This document shows, piece after piece, positions 61,664-64,000 of a stretch of 64,000 nt of DNA. How positions within the stretch are numbered: the first letter of the stretch is position 1; each line of letters opens with the position of its first letter. Location: NCBI GenBank assembly GCA_051362555.1, contig CM120643.1:22572848-22636847 (forward strand), written 5' to 3'. The stretch comes from Lingula anatina (lineage: Eukaryota; Animalia; Brachiopoda). Below the pieces are notes generated by a model. That model was given only the letters and a program-made list of their open reading frames with translations. It was not told the origin of the DNA and did no database searches. The position numbers and the translations under genes were made by a program.

Positions 61664-63548
61664 AGAGAGAGGGAGGGAGGGAGAGGGAGGGTAAAAAGTA
61701 GATAAAATTGTTGAGCATGTAAAAGTTTTAGGTTCAGAGACCACAGAGCTAGGAATCCAGTCAAGGCCAAGCTGGCATGACCAAGAATTCAAAACAGTAT
61801 TCAAAACATTGTTGCCATATTTGTATGCTGCCTGGTTAAAAAAAACTTAACAAAATCTGCTCTTTGTGGAAAAAATAATAATGACAAATGTAATGCCCAA
61901 GTGACGTCATGTCTGGGCAAATAGAATTTCTTTATTGATGTAATCATGGCTTGAAGTATCTCAACAAATAACCAGCCACTGCAAGAGCCTGGCCTATATT
62001 TTTGTCAACTGTCTGGATAAATAATCTCTTTGTTATCAGGACTAGTGAAATGCTCCTAGACAGTAAATTCATCAGTCTAGTTGGAAGTACAACAACAAAA
62101 CCAGGAAATAGCTTATGTTCATTTGGTTCACGTTGCTGATGTTTATCTTCTTGCCTTGTTGTGTACAGTCACAGCATATGGCAAGACTTACAATTGAGTA
62201 TTTTTACTTCTGTTTAAAATTAAATTGATAATGAAACTATACAAATGCAAATTACAAACCTGCCTGTTTTGAAATTAAGGTTTGTATAATTGAACATTTA
62301 CAAGTTGCTGTAAGCTTTATGCACATGTGCACACGTTTTCACATGTGTGTGTATGAATGTGTATTACAATTGACTATTTTTTCTTCTTTTTATAAAAAAA
62401 ACAAAAAAACAATGAAACAATACAGATACAATATATAGACCTGTAAACATTTTAAATTAAGGTTTATATGACTGAACATATGCAAGTTGTCTTAAGCTTT
62501 GTGCATATGTGTATACACATATAAAACTAATTTATAAAAGTAAATGTATATACATGTATAAATGAATATAAATCCTTTACATGGATGTAACTGGCAAATC
62601 TTAATTTGCGGTGAAGATAAAACATGCAAGGGACAAAGAGGAAAGATCTGAATGTGGCCACAGTTTTGACCACAACCTCAGAATGTCTAGACGGTGCGAC
62701 ATTCACACTTCAGCAACCCATAGTGTAAGTCAGCTGATAGTTGGTGGCTTATCATTACACAGTGTCTGTATATATGTGTGTGTGTATAACCTCTGTCTAT
62801 ATATGATGTCCTGAATTGAAAATTCAGACAAGCCTGCTAGCTACATAGTCTGGTACATTTCCAGGACAGCTGATTAATTTCATTTGTCTGGATGGCAAGT
62901 ATGCAGCTCCGTAAGAACGCACGTGTGAAAATGCACAGAAAACATTGAAAACTGGGGATTTTGTGAAATGGAGCTATACACAATTGAAAAGAAAGCGAAC
63001 TGTGGCACATGGAAAGCCACATCACATATTATAACATCTCTATTTACTTCGCTATCCCCCCTCCCCCCCCCAAACCATGAGGTCTTCTCCCTATCCACTC
63101 TCTACTTCTCAACCCTTTTCTCCTCCTTTAGTTTAGTCTGGTCTTTGTTTAGTCTGGTCAAATGGCTACATGGTTGTTTTGATTTAGTCCAGTGGAACCT
63201 AAGCCCATCAGAGTGGTGAAAAGCAGCTGTGGTGTTTTTTTCTCTTTTTTTAAAAAAATTTGTATGTGCTTCTTCTCTGCATGGCGTGACTTGATGGACT
63301 GTTATTTCTGACACAGTGAAGAGACATGGTACTACGTGAGAAGCTTTGTCTCTGGCTACAGTAAAAAGTTCGACAAAAACCTCATGGCATGTTTGGGTCT
63401 AAATCAAATCACCAGATGAATTATTCTGGTAGTAATCTAAATGTTTACTGACCAAACAGAATCCCAATTAGCCATAGATAATAATTAAGTCTTGTTATCA
63501 ATTTAGCCTCCAGCAGGGTGCCTCTGTCCCCAGCCTTTCAATTGGTGT

Positions 63549-63592
<44 letters not shown>

Positions 63593-64000
63593 TTGTTTCA
63601 CATTTCTGATGGACACTTCAACATAAATGCCCAACTTCCGTGTGCCTGATCCCAAAAAATTAGAAAAACCAACTAATATCTCATTAAAATTTAACACAAG
63701 GTTGTATGGCAACAGACCACTTATGCAACACTGCCAATCCCTCTTTGAAAATGCATGATTCTTACATCAGGCTCTGCAAACTACAGCCCAAAAAAAAGGC
63801 CAATAAATAGCATAATTTCAACTTTCCTTAAATAAACCATGCACCTTGACAACAAAAAATGAATTTAGAGGGCTGAAATAGGATGTAAATAAGTTGTTTT
63901 CATATACAATTCTGCGCAAAAGATGTGATGAAGAACACACGCACTGAATTATTCATGTCCTGTTATCCAAGATATCAGTCATGTAAAGTGAGAATAACAC

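Noticed and set aside
62258-62520. Diverged ~75-bp duplicate about 180 bp apart (a similar case lies at 13010-13155)
   Set aside because: An ordinary old local duplication with no functional signal.
54376-64000. Upstream TM/LDLa exons of the PMEPA1/LDLRAD4-like gene
   Set aside because: I found no convincing exon, so I treat this as one long intron extending beyond the window.

Overview
AT-rich, intron-rich animal genomic DNA. The repeat types (Helentron/HINE-like, Kolobok-like and PIF-like MITEs) suggest a lophotrochozoan such as a mollusc, which is an inference. I reconstructed four spliced genes by hand. (1) A + strand SHCBP1/Nessun-dorma-like gene (CDS 2928-10837) has a long low-complexity N-terminal extension and apparently no C-terminal pectin-lyase domain. 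(2) RPUSD2 lies on the - strand (21141-13698). (3) UTP4/cirhin lies on the + strand (21452-46949, 17 exons), head-to-head with RPUSD2 with 310 bp between the ATGs. (4) The last exon of a PMEPA1/LDLRAD4-like gene lies on the - strand (54375-53677). UTP4 intron 14 carries an apparently intact 4.0 kb piggyBac with TTAA TSD, an uninterrupted 609-aa transposase, asymmetric ends and a three-copy diverged repeat array at its 3' end. UTP4 intron 16 carries Helentron-type (HINE) elements. Many MITEs have readable TSDs. I found no clear evidence of a wholly new system. The best leads are the piggyBac architecture, the truncated SHCBP1-like protein, possible dual targeting of RPUSD2, and CAG-ended elements with 5-bp TSDs. 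All homology calls come from recalled motifs, not database searches.
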